From positions 2,559 to 66,558 of the forward strand of contig JAPKYD010000108.1 in the NCBI GenBank assembly GCA_026394475.1: 64,000 nt of DNA, read 5' to 3'. Of the stretch, positions 39,649-48,533 are shown piece by piece. This stretch comes from Methanothrix sp. Its GTDB lineage: Archaea; Halobacteriota; Methanosarcinia; Methanotrichales; Methanotrichaceae. Position 1 is the first letter of the stretch, and every line of letters begins with the position of its first letter. A program made the translations under genes and the position numbers. The notes below the pieces were generated by a model. That model was not told the origin of the DNA. It worked only from the letters and a program-made list of their open reading frames with translations, and searched no databases.

Positions 39649-40557
39649 ATGGATCGGCCAAGGCTGAAGGTGCCTCGCAAATATGGAGAGTGGTTCATAG
39701 AGGCGTTGTTGTTGGTATCCGCCATCGCCTCCATCTTCATCACCCTTCTCATCTTCTACTTTCTCGTCAACGAAAGCCTTCGAGCGTTCGCCGAATTGGG
39801 CATCTTTTCGCTGCTTTTGGGCCAGAAATGGCACCCAACAGGAGATATCTACGGCCTTTCGCCCCTGATAGTCACTTCCCTCATTATCACCCTTCTGGCA
39901 CTCTTTATTAATATCATCATCGGATTTCCTCTGGCCATCTACCTGGCAGAGCTGGCAGGTCCGAAGAGCAAGGCGGTATTGAAGCCAGCCATCGAGCTGC
40001 TGGCAGGCGTGCCCTCCATAGTCTACGGATTTTTGGGAGTGATCGTATTGGTGTCCTATCTGCAGGACAGCTTTGATATGCTCACGGGTAGGTCGATCCT
40101 GGCTGGGTCCATACTGCTGGGCATAATGTTCATTCCCTATCTCACCACCATCTGCGAGGATGCTTTGAGGGCCGTGCCCAGTGAATTCAAAGAGGGCTCT
40201 CTGGCCCTGGGGGCCAATAAATGGCAGACCTTGAGGCATGTAACCATACCGGCAGCCTCGTCCGGTATAACTGCGGCCGTCCTCCTTAACATCGGAAGCA
40301 TAATCGGCGAGACCATGGCGGTGCTCCTGGTGGTGGGCAATGTAGCCCGATTGCCCTCTCCCCTCTACAACATCTTTGATCAGGGCGCTACCTTCACCTC
40401 GGTCATAGCCGGTGAGATGGGAGAGGTGGCCAGGGGATCTATGCATTATCACGTTCTTTTTGCGGTGGGATTCATTCTTCTTATCGTGGTCTCCTTTCTC
40501 AGCCTGATTGCAGATCTGACCAGGGCTCGAATAAGGAAGAAATTCGGAGGATACTGA
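39649..40557 (+). CDS. pstC: Phosphate ABC transporter permease PstC
   Basis: AIYLAE, ELLAGVPSIVYG, EDALRAVP...EGSLALGA, GETMAV. Confidence 0.93.
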   Translation: MDRPRLKVPRKYGEWFIEALLLVSAIASIFITLLIFYFLVNESLRAFAELGIFSLLLGQKWHPTGDIYGLSPLIVTSLIITLLALFINIIIGFPLAIYLAELAGPKSKAVLKPAIELLAGVPSIVYGFLGVIVLVSYLQDSFDMLTGRSILAGSILLGIMFIPYLTTICEDALRAVPSEFKEGSLALGANKWQTLRHVTIPAASSGITAAVLLNIGSIIGETMAVLLVVGNVARLPSPLYNIFDQGATFTSVIAGEMGEVARGSMHYHVLFAVGFILLIVVSFLSLIADLTRARIRKKFGGY

Positions 40558-41805
40558 TTGAAGATTAAGCCAGCCTTGGCTGCATCCTTTGCGATAGCTG
40601 CATTTCTATTTGCATCCTCAGTGGCAGGTCTTGTGCTGCAGCCAGACCTGAGCAGATTGGTGCCCCTCTGGGAAGCCTGCCTGCTGGGCAACCCTTTACT
40701 GATCCTCATATCTTTTTTGACCGCCAGTACAGTTTCGAAGAAGGCTATGCCCATCCTGGCCATGGATCTCATTTTTTGCCTGGCCGTTCTTTTCCTGGTA
40801 TTTTCTGACGTTCTTCACCCGGGATTTGTCATCAAGAGGCCTTTGGGAATGGGAGCGTCCTTCGGATATACTTTTATTCTTTCCCTGCTGGTCTTTCTGG
40901 CCAGTCTGTTGAACATCAAGGATGCTCTTAACATCGTCTACGGCTATAGCGCCAAGGGGAGGGAGGCTCTTGTATTCCTGGCTATCCGATTATCGGCCGT
41001 ATTATCGCTTCTTCTCCTGGGCGGCATCCTCTTCATAATAATATATAAAGGAATATGGGTCATAAGCTGGGAGTTCCTGACCACGCCTCACAGAAGGCTG
41101 GGCCAGGCCGGCGGAATCAGCACGGCAATAATTGGATCACTTTGGATGGTTCTTGGCGCCATGGTCGTGTCCTCTCCGCTGGGCATCGGCGCGGCCATCT
41201 ACCTGCATGAATATTCCAGGAATCAGAAGCTCAACCGCCTGATTACTATAGCTGTGAGCTGTCTGAACGGCGTTCCCTCGGTGGTCTTTGGACTCTTCGG
41301 CCTGGCCTTTCTGGTGACATTTTTTGGGGTCTCCCTCCTGTCGGGCTCCATAATCCTGGGATTGATAAATATACCCACCATAATTCTGACCAGCCAGGAA
41401 GCTCTGAAGAGCGTCCCCAACTCTCTGCGAGAAGGCAGCATGGCTCTGGGGGCAACGAAGTGGCAGACGATAAGCAGAGTCGTCCTGCCTTCGGCAATGC
41501 CCGGCATCCTCACTGGCGTCATCATGGGAGTGGCCAAGGCGTCGGGAGAGACCGCGCCCATAATGTGGACAGCAGTGACCTTCACCGCCACGCCGGTTCA
41601 GATGATCTACGGTGTGATACCAAATGTTTTCCAGCCGGTGAACAATCTGGATTATCACCTCTTGAATCTGATTTATTTCTTGGGAGCATGGGATGTCGAG
41701 GCCAGGGCCTGGGGCACGGCTCTGGTGCTTATTGCTCTGGTATTGGGCACCAATATGCTGGCCATAATTGTGAGAAATCACTATCGCAAGATGATATCGT
41801 GGTAG
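40558..41805 (+). CDS. pstA: Phosphate ABC transporter permease PstA (with N-terminal membrane extension)
   Basis: GAAIYLHEY, GVPSVVFGLFG, EALKSVP..LREGSMALGATKWQ, GETAP. Confidence 0.92.
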   Translation: MKIKPALAASFAIAAFLFASSVAGLVLQPDLSRLVPLWEACLLGNPLLILISFLTASTVSKKAMPILAMDLIFCLAVLFLVFSDVLHPGFVIKRPLGMGASFGYTFILSLLVFLASLLNIKDALNIVYGYSAKGREALVFLAIRLSAVLSLLLLGGILFIIIYKGIWVISWEFLTTPHRRLGQAGGISTAIIGSLWMVLGAMVVSSPLGIGAAIYLHEYSRNQKLNRLITIAVSCLNGVPSVVFGLFGLAFLVTFFGVSLLSGSIILGLINIPTIILTSQEALKSVPNSLREGSMALGATKWQTISRVVLPSAMPGILTGVIMGVAKASGETAPIMWTAVTFTATPVQMIYGVIPNVFQPVNNLDYHLLNLIYFLGAWDVEARAWGTALVLIALVLGTNMLAIIVRNHYRKMISW

Positions 41806-42335
41806 ATCCAGCCGGATATGACGGCATAGTCATAGCCGTGAGCAAGCAGATCTACAATGCCGGCGTGACGTCCCTAGGCAAGGACCAGGTCCAGAAGATC
41901 TATTCGGGAGAGATCAATAACTGGAAGGACCTGGGCGGCCCGGATGAGCCGATACTGGTGGTGGCCAGGGAGGCGGGCTCCGGAACCAGGGATACCTTCA
42001 ACGAAGAGATCATGGGCAGCAAGGCGGCTGAGACTCCTGGTGTGAACACTGTGGCAAACAGCAATGCAGAGGTGCGAACTGCCATAACCGGCAGCGATAA
42101 GGCCATAGGATACTTGGGATTTAGTTATGCCGAGGACGGCTCGGTGGGAGTGATCACCCTGGATGGCGTAAAACCTACGAAGGAGACCATCAGAGGAGGC
42201 AGCTACGAGCTCAATCGCAAGCTGTACTTCTACACCTTTGGCGATGCAACGCCTGGGGCCAAGGCATTTATAGATTTCATGACCGGTTCTGAAGGCCAGA
42301 AGATCGCCGAGGAGAACGGCTTCGTAGCGCTTTAG
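41806..42335 (+). pseudogene. pstS: 3' fragment of phosphate-binding protein PstS
   Basis: YDGIVIAV, IYSGEINNWKDLGG, REAGSGTRDTF, AIGYLG, Y.L.RKLY. No start codon or signal peptide; begins directly after the pstA stop. Confidence 0.8.
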
Positions 42336-42460
42336 AGAATCGTTCTATCCTTCTAATTTTTTTAAACTCAAAGTTTGGTATAGGATCTCTCTATTTTAGA
42401 TAATGTGAGGAAAAAGGTATGCCGTGATTCAACGATGACTCTGTTTATCGACCCTTCACC

Positions 42461-42727
42461 CTATCTCTGAGCTATATCGTATACTTCGGGCAACAAACTT
42501 CGTATGCTCTTAAATTCTCTAAGTAATTTGGCGCCCTTTGCAGTCGTTTTATATATGACAATTGAATCTGGGGTGGTCTCTAATAGCTCGTTCTTCATCA
42601 GCAGCTCAATATATGGAATTACCGTTCTGAAGTTGAGGTTTGCTTGATATACTATCTTGGTTTTGCTTGCCCCACCGGTGCAGATATCCAGAATTTGGGA
42701 GATTATGGTATCTCTGCTTCGCTTCAT
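42461..42727 (-). CDS. Small winged-helix transcription regulator
   Basis: MKRSRDTIISQILDIC..GASKTKIVYQANLNF...Y.TT.KG. Confidence 0.85.
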   Translation of the reverse strand: MKRSRDTIISQILDICTGGASKTKIVYQANLNFRTVIPYIELLMKNELLETTPDSIVIYKTTAKGAKLLREFKSIRSLLPEVYDIAQR

Positions 42728-43110
42728 TTTTTCGCCTTTGCTCAACTCGTTTCCTTTTCGTTTGGATACCGTTCATTGCTCTTTTGCAGCTATATTTCTC
42801 TAATCTAGCAATATTGTCTTAGGTTCGCAAGACCATATAAGTTTATCGCATGGCATTGATGCATATTTCTATGATGGAAAAGCAAGACCTTTACGCATTA
42901 TATCAATCAGCGAGATTTCTATTTGCGCGCGTCACAGAGTTCTTCTTCACAATCGCATATGCTCTGATGCGGCCTCTCTCCTATAATTATTCTCCTTGAT
43001 TACTATTGACATTATTCGCGGTTAAATTGACTCCAGGGAAGGTCCGTTATTAATTTGGGGGAGAGTCCTCCTTTCACCCTTCTGTTCCTCTCCTGAGCCA
43101 CCCATGCTGC

Positions 43111-43252
43111 CTTCGCCGCTCCCGCACGCCCGGGCGGGCCCGCTCGCGCGCGCGTGGGGGGGGCTGCGGGGGGGCAGCTCTTGGATACGGCATCGTAGGC
43201 GAGAGGGCCTGCCATCGGGCCGGAGCCACCGACTTAGATAACCTCGATGAGA
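43111..43252. repeat. GC-rich structured intergenic repeat, copy 1
   Basis: CTTCGCCGCTCCCGCACGCCCGGGCGGGCCCGCTCGCGCGCGCG...ACCGACTTAGATAACCTCGATGAGA; shared with the copies at 43922 and 44863. Confidence 0.75.
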
Positions 43253-43273
43253 CGATTGGAACTTGGTGGAGAA

Positions 43274-43714
43274 CTAATCCTTCTCTGAATTCTCTCGCTG
43301 CATCTGCAAAACTATCGGATACATATTGAGGTACATGGGCGGGAAGCTGCGGCTTGCATATTTCTTGATCACTTTAAACCCGAATTTCTCATAAAAGCCG
43401 ACGGATTCTTTTTTTGAGTCAAGAGTTATGTACCTGCATCCGACCTCTCTGGATAGCTGGTATACCTTGCCTGTGGCCCATAGGAGCAGGAAGCGCCCTA
43501 TGCCACCGCCCTCAAATTTCTCGTCAACAGCCAGCCTGGCGATTTTTATGGCAGGATAGCGAGGATAGGTTCTGCTTATCAGATCCTCCTGGGACTGCTT
43601 TGCATCTCCCTTCAGGAAATCGTTCAAGTCATCATTGCTGCAGCGAAAAACCGAGAGGTTGTGGCGCTCTCTTAGGTATTCCACATGAAGCTCATCAAGA
43701 GGGATCTGCTTCAT
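43274..43714 (-). CDS. GNAT acetyltransferase toxin (AtaT/TacT-like), probably with an internal in-frame deletion
   Basis: F.CSNDDLNDFLK, PAIKIARLAVD...G.GIG, ITLDSK...GFYEKFGF. Confidence 0.8.
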   Translation of the reverse strand: MKQIPLDELHVEYLRERHNLSVFRCSNDDLNDFLKGDAKQSQEDLISRTYPRYPAIKIARLAVDEKFEGGGIGRFLLLWATGKVYQLSREVGCRYITLDSKKESVGFYEKFGFKVIKKYASRSFPPMYLNMYPIVLQMQRENSEKD

Positions 43715-43863
43715 GAAACCGGATGCTCTTTGCAGATCCTGATGGCTTCCCGAAACATCTCCATCTGCTCTTTAGTGGGCTTTTTGGGGTTCCTGAGATC
43801 CTCTAAGAACTCTTCTGCATCCTCCCCCTCCAGGATCAATCCCAATTCTATTGGCCTCGCCAT
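43711..43863 (-). CDS. Small putative antitoxin of the GNAT module (50 aa)
   Basis: Manual translation MARPIELGLILEGEDAEEFLEDLRNPKKPTKEQMEMFREAIRICKEHPVS*; ATGA overlap with the GNAT start. Confidence 0.7.
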   Translation of the reverse strand: MARPIELGLILEGEDAEEFLEDLRNPKKPTKEQMEMFREAIRICKEHPVS

Positions 43864-43921
43864 ACCAACGTTGCCTCACGGGTTATTATGCAGCAGGTCG
43901 GATATGAATCTTTGGTCAAGA

Positions 43922-43965
43922 CTTCGCCGCTCCAGCACGCCTGGGCGGGCTCGTGCGCGTGTGGG
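43922..43965. repeat. GC-rich intergenic repeat, copy 2 (left part only)
   Basis: CTTCGCCGCTCCAGCACGCCTGGGCGGGCTCGTGCGCGTGTGGG aligns to 43111-43158. Confidence 0.75.
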
Positions 43966-44079
43966 CGGCGGGCCAGGCCACACGGAGTTGTCGCGATGCG
44001 GGGCGCCAGGGGCCTCGCACCCCTTGCGATATTCTGGCTATTCATCAATCTTTTGGCTATGCTCTTCACTATCGTCAGC

Positions 44080-44427
44080 TTACTCAATATCAGTGCCTAG
44101 TGTTCTCTCCAAAGAGATAACAAGCTCCGGCAGGTCATGGTTTAGGATATGCCAAAGGATTTCATAGTCGATGGCGTCATAGCCGTGGATCAATCGATTT
44201 CTCAAGCTGATGATCTGCGTCCAAGGTATCTCAGGATGTTTCGATCGTTCCTCCTTTGGAACCCTATTGGCCGCTTCTCCGACGATCTCCATAAGCCTGA
44301 CTATTGCCAGGCCAAGTACACGATCATCGGCAAGATCCTCCAGGCTTTCGCCCTTTGACAGGATTATCGCCTCCCTGGCATGATCGAGCATTTGATGCAG
44401 GGGAATCTCTGAATCACGCCGTGACAT
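44080..44427 (-). CDS. HEPN (DUF86/HepT) RNase toxin
   Basis: EIVGEAA, PEIPW, RNRLIHGY (Rx4HxY). Confidence 0.92.
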   Translation of the reverse strand: MSRRDSEIPLHQMLDHAREAIILSKGESLEDLADDRVLGLAIVRLMEIVGEAANRVPKEERSKHPEIPWTQIISLRNRLIHGYDAIDYEILWHILNHDLPELVISLERTLGTDIE

Positions 44428-44710
44428 ATTGCACTTCCGATTCTCTCTCGATTTTATCCCTGAAGTAGGGGCTCAAGAATCCGGAGGTGTTAAGATCCAC
44501 CTTTCTCCCGATAATTTGAGACAGCTCTTCTTCCATCGAGAAAAAAGCCAGTCCCGGAGTATGGCCGGGCTCGAACTCCACAAGCACATCGACATCGCTA
44601 TCCGGCCCGAAGTCGTCTCTCAATACCGACCCGAAGAGAGACAGGCGGCGGATATGATGCCTGCGGCAAAAATCTGCTATTTTATCCAAGTCAATAGGTA
44701 TACGAGCCAT
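44414..44710 (-). CDS. Minimal nucleotidyltransferase (MNT/MntA) antitoxin
   Basis: LFGSVLRDDFGPDSDVDVLVEF (GSx10DxD), GRKVDL. Confidence 0.92.
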   Translation of the reverse strand: MARIPIDLDKIADFCRRHHIRRLSLFGSVLRDDFGPDSDVDVLVEFEPGHTPGLAFFSMEEELSQIIGRKVDLNTSGFLSPYFRDKIERESEVQYVTA

Positions 44711-44862
44711 GTCTGTTTATGCCAAGATGCTATGCATGCGCCAAGATTATAGCTTTTTCCTGAAGCCATACGTTGAACAGAAATTGGCCAAATCCTATAT
44801 CAATTCGATCGCCTTGATTCTTTCGCTCCGCCTAGCGTCCAACTGCCTGATGCGGTCCCACA

Positions 44863-44986
44863 CGCACGCCCGAGCGGGTCCGCTCGCGCGCGCAGGAGGG
44901 CGGCAACAAGAGGGGCGGGTCTTTGTTGCTGGGCACCTTCTGCGTAGCGGGCAAGGTGATACCGCCTTCGATAACCCTCAATGAGA
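44863..44986. repeat. GC-rich structured intergenic repeat, copy 3
   Basis: CGCACGCCCGAGCGGGTCCGCTCGCGCGCGC...ACCGCCTTCGATAACCCTCAATGAGA; both ends match copy 1 at similar spacing. Confidence 0.75.
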
Positions 44987-45078
44987 TCCTCTCGATATTC
45001 TCGATCCATCCAGCATAAGGCATGCTAAAGGCCAAGCCAATCACGGGCAGGGAAAAGAATGGATTTCACAAGATGAAC

Positions 45079-46047
45079 TCACCCTAATGGATTAAAGCAT
45101 TGATCTAATTTTTCTTGTCCTTTCTTACATTTCTCTTCCAAGGGTATGATAATCTTTGAGGGCAAAAATTCAATCAATTGTTCTTTGCTCGCAAACTTGA
45201 CTATTGGCAGAACCCAATCATTTACATAGAAATCCCTGAATATTGAATATGGTTTCCTACTATCCTCAATGATCGGCGCGATGGGGACTTTAAAATCCAT
45301 TATTGCGCCTAGCTCCTGAGGCACAGATGGTCCGCTAAGATCAACAATGACAAACCTAGACAAACCAGCTAATGTCTTTACAGTGTCCGTGAAGGTCTTT
45401 CCTTCAGGCCGGCCAAAATCAAATATAATAGGTAAATAATTCATTTCTCTTAATTTTGCAGCAATTAGTTGTAAGACTTCATGACCTTCATTCTCAAAGC
45501 GCCCGAGGAGAAGGACACCTTTTTTCATGACTGAATTAATAACATCGCGAAGTTTTTTATGATTAAGTATCAAGTAGATAAATTGGGCGACCTCAAGATT
45601 GTCTGCAGTAATCTTTGATTCACCTTCCCGTGTTATTATTAAATTAGATTGGTCTAACGGCACGCCTTTTAAACTCCATACAGAAATTCCGTAAATGCGA
45701 CACCCAGTGAGTTGAACTCGATCACAATCTGTATCAATCAAAGTAGCATACTCAAGGCGTGCGTTCTTAAGATTTGATCCATTGAGCTTTGTTCCTCTTA
45801 GATATTGCCCTCTGAGATCTGCCTCCTCAAGGTTTGTATCACTAAGATTTGCCCATCGAAGGTCTATCCTCCTAAAATTCGTCCCCGAAATCTCACCAAG
45901 GGATAGATCTCCCAATTCTCGCAAAGAGACATCGTCAAAGTCAACGTTTCTAAGGTTTGGGATTGACAAAGGGATTCCGCTTAGATTGGCACTGCTGAGA
46001 TCCGGCTTTACTCCAGGGTTGGCTCTCCTCCAATCATTCCATTTCAA
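45079..46047 (-). CDS. Pentapeptide-repeat protein with C-terminal NDT/TIR-like alpha/beta domain (low GC, 5' end possibly truncated)
   Basis: A(D/N)Lxx repeats; DNLEVAQFIY; SRFVIVDLSGPSVPQELG. Visibly AT-rich relative to its flanks. Confidence 0.75.
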   Translation of the reverse strand: MKWNDWRRANPGVKPDLSSANLSGIPLSIPNLRNVDFDDVSLRELGDLSLGEISGTNFRRIDLRWANLSDTNLEEADLRGQYLRGTKLNGSNLKNARLEYATLIDTDCDRVQLTGCRIYGISVWSLKGVPLDQSNLIITREGESKITADNLEVAQFIYLILNHKKLRDVINSVMKKGVLLLGRFENEGHEVLQLIAAKLREMNYLPIIFDFGRPEGKTFTDTVKTLAGLSRFVIVDLSGPSVPQELGAIMDFKVPIAPIIEDSRKPYSIFRDFYVNDWVLPIVKFASKEQLIEFLPSKIIIPLEEKCKKGQEKLDQCFNPLG

Positions 46048-46097
46048 TACCCCTGTCTGAAGTATATTTAATTCTTTCTTTTAGGATGGATATTTAA

Positions 46098-48533
46098 TTA
46101 TTCCCCCTCCACCCTCCTCTTCCTCTCCCCCGCCTCCTTCGCCGCCTCCGTCCTGCCCAGCACCTTCGCCACCGCCTCGATGGCCTCCAGATACCGGACG
46201 ATCTGGTCCAGCCAGTTGATCAGGTCGCCCTGGTAGGCGTACATGCCGTACTTGTCGGAGAACTCGTCGATGATCTGGCTTGGACTCTTGCCTTCCGCCC
46301 GCAGCTCCAGGATGCGCAGCGAGATATTCCTCTGCGGGCAGCCGCAGTAGGGGGCTCCCTGGCAGGTGCAGCGCAAAAAGTCCCGCGAGAAGTCCAGGCA
46401 GTACCTCTGGATCTTGTTCTCCAGCTCGTTCAGGTCGGCACTGCTCAAGAGATCCAGGAAGGAGCCGTGCAGCGCCCGCTGCGAGATCTGCATCCGCAGC
46501 TTCATGGAGATGCGCTCTGCAAACTTCAGGTAAAGATCCTCGAAGCTCTCCAGGGCCACCGCCACCTCCAGCGGAGATCTGCCCTTCTGCAGCTCCTTGG
46601 CGATCAGCGCCACCTCATCGGGCGCCAGGAAGTGCGCCGCCGCTGCGGCCCCCAGGCGCGTGGGCTCGATGCCCTTGATGAGCCCAGCCTTGGCCAGAGC
46701 TTGCAGCGAGCTGTCCAGGTCATCCATCCCCAGGGTCAGGTCGTGCAGCCTTTCCAGCTCCTGGCGCGAACGCGCGGCCACGGCATTGGCCAGGACCTCT
46801 TCCAGCTGCTGCGCCTCATCGAACTCCGGGGCCACGTCCTCCATCCGACCGTGCAGGAGCGCCAGGGCCACCTCATCTTCCGACTCGCCCCGCGCCGAGG
46901 AGAACTTGCGCCCCGGCTCGGCCAGAATGTAGACCAGGCCCAGGTCGTGGTAGCCCGGCCTCCCGGCGCGGCCCAGCATCTGGTTGAACTCATGCACATT
47001 CAGCCACTCGATGCCCATGGCCAGGGACTCGAAGACCACCTGCGACGCCGGAAAGTCCACGCCCGCGGCTAAAGCGGCTGTGGTCACCACGGTGTGGATC
47101 TTTCCCTCGCCGAAGAGCTCCTCGATCCGTTTTCGCTCCGGGTACTGCAGGCCGGCGTGGTAGGCGGCAGCGCCGGGAATGGCGTCGGCCAAAGCGTAGC
47201 AGTTCTTGCGGGAGTTGGTGAAGATGATGGTCTGGCCGCGGTAGCCGGTGGACGAGGTCAGCGTTTGCGCCTCTTTGGATAACTCCAGCAGAAGCTTGCG
47301 CTTTTCCGGTCCTGAGGAAAATATGAGGTGGCGCTCGATGGGCACGGGCCGCACCTCGTATTCGACCAGCGTTGCGCCCAGCCTCTTCGCCAGCGCCGCC
47401 GGATTGCCCACAGTGGCTGACAAAAAGATGAACTGCGCCTGGGGCGCAGCCAGCTTCAGCCTGGCGATCATGCCCGCCAGCCGGTGACCGCGCTCCGCAT
47501 CCTCCAGCATGTGGACTTCGTCGATGACCACCGTTCCAACCTTGCCCAGGCTCTTCTTGGTGCGCATCACCTGGTCGATGCCCTCGTAGGTCCCGGCGAT
47601 GATGTCGGCGTTCAGGCTCTGCGGGATCTTGCGGGCTTTACCCAGGCGGATGCGGCTCACACCCACGCGGATGGAGGTCTGAAAGCCCAATTCGCTGTAG
47701 GCGGAGAGCTGGTCGAACTTCTGGTTGGCCAGGGCAACCAAGGGAACCAGAAACAGCAGCTTGCCCTTGCCTTCCAGCAGATTCTTGACGCCAGCCATCT
47801 CGCCTATCAGGCTCTTTCCCGTGGCCGTGGCGGATACTACGAGCTGGTTTCTGCCCTCCAGGAGCCCTGCCTGCACCGACCTGGACTGTACGGGCAAAAG
47901 TTTGGTCAACCTGCGGCGCAGCATCTCCATGAGCGGCAAAGGGAGTTCGATGGACTCCAGATGCAAAGTGGACTCCTCCCGGCTGGCGGGGATGGTGTCG
48001 AACCTGGTGAGGTCGGGCTCCAGCCTCTGCAAGGATAAGAGTCCCACCACGTCATCCAGGTTGCGCCTCTTCTTCAAGATGCGAGCCAGATGCGATTTGG
48101 CAGCGCGTCCTAAACCGCGGAAATCCGCCTCGCGCAAGAGCTCCGCCGCAGCGCAGTTTTCGCAGATGCGCGCGCCCTTGTAGGCGATGGCGTCCTTGCC
48201 CACGTAAGTCGCCCTTCTCTCGCCCAAGCAGTGGTTGCAGACCTGAACGAACCTGTAGTCCAGCTGGTAGGCATCCAGGAGCTCAATGAACTTCTTCTCC
48301 AGAGCGGGATCGCCGCGCGCCAGGTAAATGGCGCTCGCCTTTCGCAAGAGCTTCAATGCATCCTCAGGCGGGAGATACTTCTCTGTGTCCTTTTTTACCA
48401 GAAACTTGAAGACCCTCGGCCCCTGGGGCATCTCTTTCAGCCGCAGATGGCCCTCAAAGAGAGTCTTATCTCCGCTCTGAGGTAATAGTAGTATGCGGGA
48501 CCTGTCCGCCTGAGCCAGAACCTGAAAAGTCAT
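46098..48533 (-). CDS. Archaea-specific superfamily II (DEAD/DEAH) helicase with C-terminal Cys-cluster domain
   Basis: SATATGKS, DEVH, LSAT, YHAGL, QMLGRAGRP, CTC..APYCGC. Confidence 0.9.
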   Translation of the reverse strand: MTFQVLAQADRSRILLLPQSGDKTLFEGHLRLKEMPQGPRVFKFLVKKDTEKYLPPEDALKLLRKASAIYLARGDPALEKKFIELLDAYQLDYRFVQVCNHCLGERRATYVGKDAIAYKGARICENCAAAELLREADFRGLGRAAKSHLARILKKRRNLDDVVGLLSLQRLEPDLTRFDTIPASREESTLHLESIELPLPLMEMLRRRLTKLLPVQSRSVQAGLLEGRNQLVVSATATGKSLIGEMAGVKNLLEGKGKLLFLVPLVALANQKFDQLSAYSELGFQTSIRVGVSRIRLGKARKIPQSLNADIIAGTYEGIDQVMRTKKSLGKVGTVVIDEVHMLEDAERGHRLAGMIARLKLAAPQAQFIFLSATVGNPAALAKRLGATLVEYEVRPVPIERHLIFSSGPEKRKLLLELSKEAQTLTSSTGYRGQTIIFTNSRKNCYALADAIPGAAAYHAGLQYPERKRIEELFGEGKIHTVVTTAALAAGVDFPASQVVFESLAMGIEWLNVHEFNQMLGRAGRPGYHDLGLVYILAEPGRKFSSARGESEDEVALALLHGRMEDVAPEFDEAQQLEEVLANAVAARSRQELERLHDLTLGMDDLDSSLQALAKAGLIKGIEPTRLGAAAAAHFLAPDEVALIAKELQKGRSPLEVAVALESFEDLYLKFAERISMKLRMQISQRALHGSFLDLLSSADLNELENKIQRYCLDFSRDFLRCTCQGAPYCGCPQRNISLRILELRAEGKSPSQIIDEFSDKYGMYAYQGDLINWLDQIVRYLEAIEAVAKVLGRTEAAKEAGERKRRVEGE

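Noticed and set aside
40550-40565. pstC TGA directly followed in frame by pstA TTG (possible selenocysteine or read-through)
   Set aside because: Both permeases are normal separate proteins and no SECIS-like context is evident.
41460-41805. N-terminal part of track ORF 41460-42335 as a novel PstS N-terminus
   Set aside because: It is an alternate frame of pstA with no signal peptide or PstS similarity.
43228-43260. Right box of the repeat as an Xer dif site or canonical attC
   Set aside because: It has an ...ATAA arm but no TTAT-starting inverted arm, and no RYYYAAC/GTTRRRY pair.
43100-45000. CRISPR array
   Set aside because: Only three degenerate copies, 0.8-0.9 kb apart and separated by whole genes; no cas genes.
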